Below, one piece after another: positions 60,020 through 64,000 of a DNA stretch of 64,000 nt. The DNA is taken from assembly GCA_002269645.1 (NCBI GenBank), contig NIVC01001918.1:1-64000 (forward strand). The letters run 5' to 3'. The DNA comes from Macrostomum lignano (Eukaryota). The position numbers and the translations under genes were made by a program. How positions within the stretch are numbered: the first letter of the stretch is position 1; each line of letters opens with the position of its first letter. The notes under the pieces are model-generated. The model was not told the origin of the DNA. It ran no database searches and saw only the letters and a program-made list of their open reading frames with translations.

Positions 60020-63000
60020 TGTTGTGTAGTTGGTTTGCAGATATGTACATATGCTATGTACATCTGTTTTCCGATATTGATCTGTCGCAGCTAAATGAAT
60101 ATATAAGTATAAATATACCAGTCGGTAGGCCAACTTGGGCTAAGTTCGTGTGTACCCCTAAATTCAGTCTGACTTTCTCAACACCAGATTGGCGTCGCAA
60201 GCTAGGCCAACCCCCCCACAATTTGGGGTTTTGACTTTTCACTAACAAGTTGAGTGCCAGCCCAGCCTAAAAGGCCGCCACTGCGAAGTAAACAAGCGAC
60301 AAACAAAGTACACAGTGCTCAGAATGTCCCAGTCAACGACAGCTCCTAGCACATCGGAGGTGCCAAGGATCAACATCTCGCCACCAGAGCAATTCCTGCC
60401 TCAACCGGGACCGCCAACGAGGCCGTGGAATGAGTGGAAGAGCCTGTTTGACAACTACTTAATGGCGGCGGGCTTCGACACTCTACCAGACGTGAGAAAG
60501 CGAGCCCTGCTTCTGCACTGCCTGGGTGCGGAAGGACAGCGGATCTTCGCAGCGATGCAGCCACCGCCATCTCAGAATTCGGATGGTGAACAGCCACCGC
60601 TGGGATTCGACGAGACCGTGAAGCTGCTGAAGGAGCAGTTTGGTGGCAAGACCAACGTGGTGGCGGAGCGCCACAGGTTTCGGCAGCGAGGGCAGCGACC
60701 CGGTGAGAAAATCGCTGACTTTGTGGCAGCGCTGTACACGCTGGCCGGCTCGTGCGAATTCGGCGGCATGATGGACGAGATGATTCGCGACCAGATCGTG
60801 GAGAAGGTCAGCGACAGGCGGATCAGAGAGCGCCTGCTCATCGAGGACGGCCTGACGCTCAAGACGGCGGTGACGCTGAGTCAGCAGTGGGAGACTAGCA
60901 TCGCGGAAGCCAGTGCGATCGAGACTGGCGGCGCAGTTGCCATGGCAAGCCGAGGCGAGGCGGAGGTGAACAAGGTGCAAAATCAGTTCGGAAAGTCCAG
61001 AGCTCAAGAACGGGCGGCTGCCGGGCGAGAGTCCTGTCTGAACTGCGGAGGCGGCCACAACAGGCGAGCGCGATGTCCTGCTGAAGGCAAGTCCTGTTAT
61101 GCCTGTGGCAAGCAGAACCATTTTGGCAGGATGTGCAGGTCGCAGGGCACTAAGGTGGCCGAGGTCGGAGACGAGAGCAGCCGCGAGGTGTTCACCGTGC
61201 GTGGCACGGCCAGTCCCGACATCAGGTGCCGGCTGAAGGTCCAGGGCAGCTGGCTGAGCCTGCTGGTCGACTCGGGCGCGAAAGTGTCCATTCTATCGGA
61301 GAGGACCTACCGGAGGCTCGGGTCCAAGGCGCCGCTGCAGCCATCCAACAGGAAGCTCATCGCGTACAACGGCAAGGCTATCGACGTGCTGGGACAGGCG
61401 GTGCTGTCGGTCAACTACCGCGGGCAGAGTGTGCCGTTCTTCTGCTTCACAGTAGTGCAGCAGGGATCCGACATCATGGGCACCGATCTGATGCAGCAGC
61501 TCAGCTTCCAAGTGGTGGACCGGGACGGCGACCTGGTGCGCACCGTGGACAAGACCAGGCAGCTGCCGGCTTGGCTGCCAGACCGCTTCGAGCAGCTGAC
61601 GCGAGGACTCGGCCGGATTCGAGGGTTCGAGCACAGGCCCCGAGTGAACCCCGCAGTGCCTCCAGTGGCGCAGCCTCTCCGCCGGACGCCGCTCAGCCTC
61701 AAGGAGAAGGTCCAAGCTGAGATCGATCAGCTTCTAGCGGACGGGATCGTCGAGGAGATTCAGGCATCCGAGTGGATTTCGAATCTGGTGGTCGTCCCAA
61801 AGCCTGACGGTAAGATCCGAATCTGCAATGACCTCAGGTGGCCCCAACAAGGCAATTGTGCCGGACAAGCAGCCTCTGCCGACATTCGAGGAGCTGACGA
61901 CGGAGTTTAAGGGCTCGACGGTTTTCTCAAAACTAGATCTGAACTCATCGTATCTGCAGCTCGAGCTCGCCGAGGACAGACGCGATATGACGGCCTTCAT
62001 CACGGAGAAGGGTCTCTATCGGTACAAGCGGGTTTGTTTCGGTCTCAACAGCGCTCCGGCAGCTTTCCAGAAGGTGCTGAGCAAGATTCTGCACGGCTGT
62101 TCAGGAACGGTGCACTACATCGACGACATAGTCGTGCACGCTGCCAGTGAGGCTGAGCATCACAAGCGACTCACTGCGGTGCTCGACAAGCTGCTGGCCC
62201 ACGGCGTCACTCTGAACGCAGGCAAGTGCCAGTGGGCTGCTGAGTCTGTGCAGTTCCTGGGCTACATCGTCTCTGGAAGCGGCCTGCGACCGATGCAGTC
62301 AAACGTGGACGCTATCGAGCAGGTGCCGGAGCCGAAGAGCGCTGAGGCGGTGGCGGCATTCCTTGGAATGGTGAAATTTTACGCGAACTTTCTTCAAAAC
62401 CTGTCGGATGTCGCCGAGCCGCTGCTGAGGCTGCTGAGGAAAGACGTGCCCTGGCACTGGTCCGCAGTCTGCCAGAAGGCCTTCACAACGCTCAAGAAGA
62501 TGGTGCTGGCGCCGACCTGTCTGAGGTTCTTCAGCCCGGATGAGAAGATCATCGTTGCCTGCGACAGCTCGGCGCACGCTCTGGGCGCCGTTCTGCTTCA
62601 AGAAGACGGCGCCGGCGTCCGGAGACCAGTCGCGTTTGCGTCCAGAACTCTGTCAGCGACTGAGCGCAAGTACTCCGCGTCTGAAAGAGAGGCATTGGCA
62701 TGCATCTTCGCCTGTGAGAGGTGGCACTATTTCCTGTTCGGCCGAAGATTCGAGCTGCACACGGACCATCAGGCGCTGACTACGTTGCTGACGGCTCAGG
62801 GCAGCGGCCACCGGCCATTGAGACTGCACCGGTGGGCCGACCGCCTGCTCGCGTATGACTTCCAGGTCTGCCACGTTCCGGGGAAAAAGAACACCGTTTC
62901 GGACTTTTTGTCGCGACACGGCGCCCGCAACGACAGCATCGAGGAGGACCCGGCGGAGCTCCAAGTGAACGCCGTCCTGCTGTCTGGCGCGCTGCAGATC

Positions 63001-64000
63001 GTGAGCCCAAGCGAACTGGCTGAGGCATCTCTACAGGACCCGGTGATCAGCCAGGCGATCGAGATGACGCTGGAGGGCTGGCCAAGTTCCATCAAGCAGT
63101 TGAGGCCGGAGCTGCAGCCGTTCTGGCGGATCAAGGAGCAGCTCACAGTCTGGAATGAAGGCAAGTGCCTGGCGAATGGGTTGCGCGCGGTGATCCCCGC
63201 GTCGTTGAGAGAGAAGACGCTGCAGCTGGCGCACTTTGGGCACCTCGGAGTGAGCAGAATGAAACAGCACTGCCGGGACTCGGTCTGGTGGCCGCAGATC
63301 GACAGCCAAATCGAGGAGTTCGTGCGGCACTGCGAGGCCTGCCTGCTCAGCGAGAAAAACTTCAAGCCATCCAAGACGGTGCTGACTCCGACGAAGTGGC
63401 CGACGCGACCTTGGGAGGAGCTTCAGCTCGACATCTTCGGGGAGCTGCATTCGGCGCCGAACTCATGTCGCTTCATTCTGGTGCTGTACGACCTGCATTC
63501 GAAGTGGCCAGAAGCAGCCTGCATGTCCACAGTGACCACAGCTGACGTGATCGACGCCCTGACGACGTGGTTCAGCCGCTGGGGACTCCCAAAGAGCATC
63601 AACACGGACGGCGGGCCGCAGTTCATGTCCGGTGACTTCAAAGACTTCCTCCAGCGCTGCGGCATCCAGCACCGCCAGTCGCCGCACTACCACCCGCAAG
63701 GCAACGCTGCAGTCGAGCGCTTCAACCGGTTTCTGAAAGACGGCCTGAAGACGCACCTGCAGGACGGTTACGGCTTCAAGGATGCGGTGAGGGCACTGCT
63801 GTGGTCATACCGGGCCACCCCGCACGCACTGACGGGGGTGTCACCGGCGGAGCTGATGACGAGCCGGAAAATCAGCACCCCGCTGACCGCACTGCAGCCA
63901 AGGACGCCATCGCAGCACAACCTGGCAGGCAGCATCAGGCAGAAGCAGCAGCGAGTCTTCAGCAAGCTCAACTCGGCCAGGAGGCCTCCGCCGGTGTTCA
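60020..64000 (+). mobile_element. Ty3/Gypsy LTR retrotransposon (Mag-like), 3' end beyond the window
   Basis: Candidate short 5' LTR TGTTG..CAACA (~60020-60183; start uncertain, alternatives at 59933 and 60009). PBS-like TGGCGTCGCAAGCTAGG at 60190. Gag-pol in PR-RT-RH-IN order. Confidence 0.93.
60324..64000 (+). CDS. Gag-Pol polyprotein (frameshifted at ~61841-61845)
   Basis: ATG 60324. Gag with knuckle CYACGKQNHFGRMC; protease LVDSGA. After removing one extra base near GGCCCCAAC the frame gives PNKAIVPDKQPLP..LDL..CFGL..YIDD (RT), CDSS..ERKYS..EREALA (RNase H), H-H-C-C zinc finger and LDIFG..TDGGPQF..VERFN (integrase), open to the window end. Confidence 0.9.

Noticed and set aside
61831-61850. 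Programmed ribosomal frameshift in the Gypsy element
   Set aside because: Located inside RT after the protease, with no slippery heptamer; Mag-like elements usually have a single gag-pol ORF.

Overview
Animal (eukaryotic) genomic DNA with GT-AG spliced genes, GC-rich exons and introns packed with minisatellites. The style suggests a free-living flatworm such as Macrostomum, but that is inference from composition, not proven. Left to right: an intronless divergent rhodopsin-type GPCR (+, 650-1615); a 4-exon p24/TMED GOLD-domain gene (-, 3000-5491) that the ORF track only shows in fragments; an AT-rich island with MITEs (6.7-10.5 kb); nucleoporin TPR/Megator (+, 7 exons, ~10845-22581); an RNF217-type RBR E3 ligase (+, 2 exons); an intronless TRAF-type RING/zinc-finger gene lacking the MATH domain; a tandem array of ~115-bp self-complementary units (31.6-32.5 kb); a 10-exon class C GPCR resembling Drosophila mXR/mangetout (35509-41368); a second, diverged copy of only its exons 5-9 (43501-46643); ~12 kb dominated by tandem repeats; and a Gypsy LTR retrotransposon with one frameshift running off the window end. 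About a quarter of the window is tandem repeat (rough hand estimate), and most long entries in the ORF track are repeat or antisense artefacts. The most intriguing locus is the duplicated 3' half of the class C GPCR. It keeps splice phases and cysteines, shows patchy near-identity to the first copy, has no recognisable 5' half, and carries one in-frame TAA inside a GT..AG segment. It may be an alternative 3' exon block of the same gene rather than a simple pseudogene. No prokaryotic features or CRISPR arrays are present.
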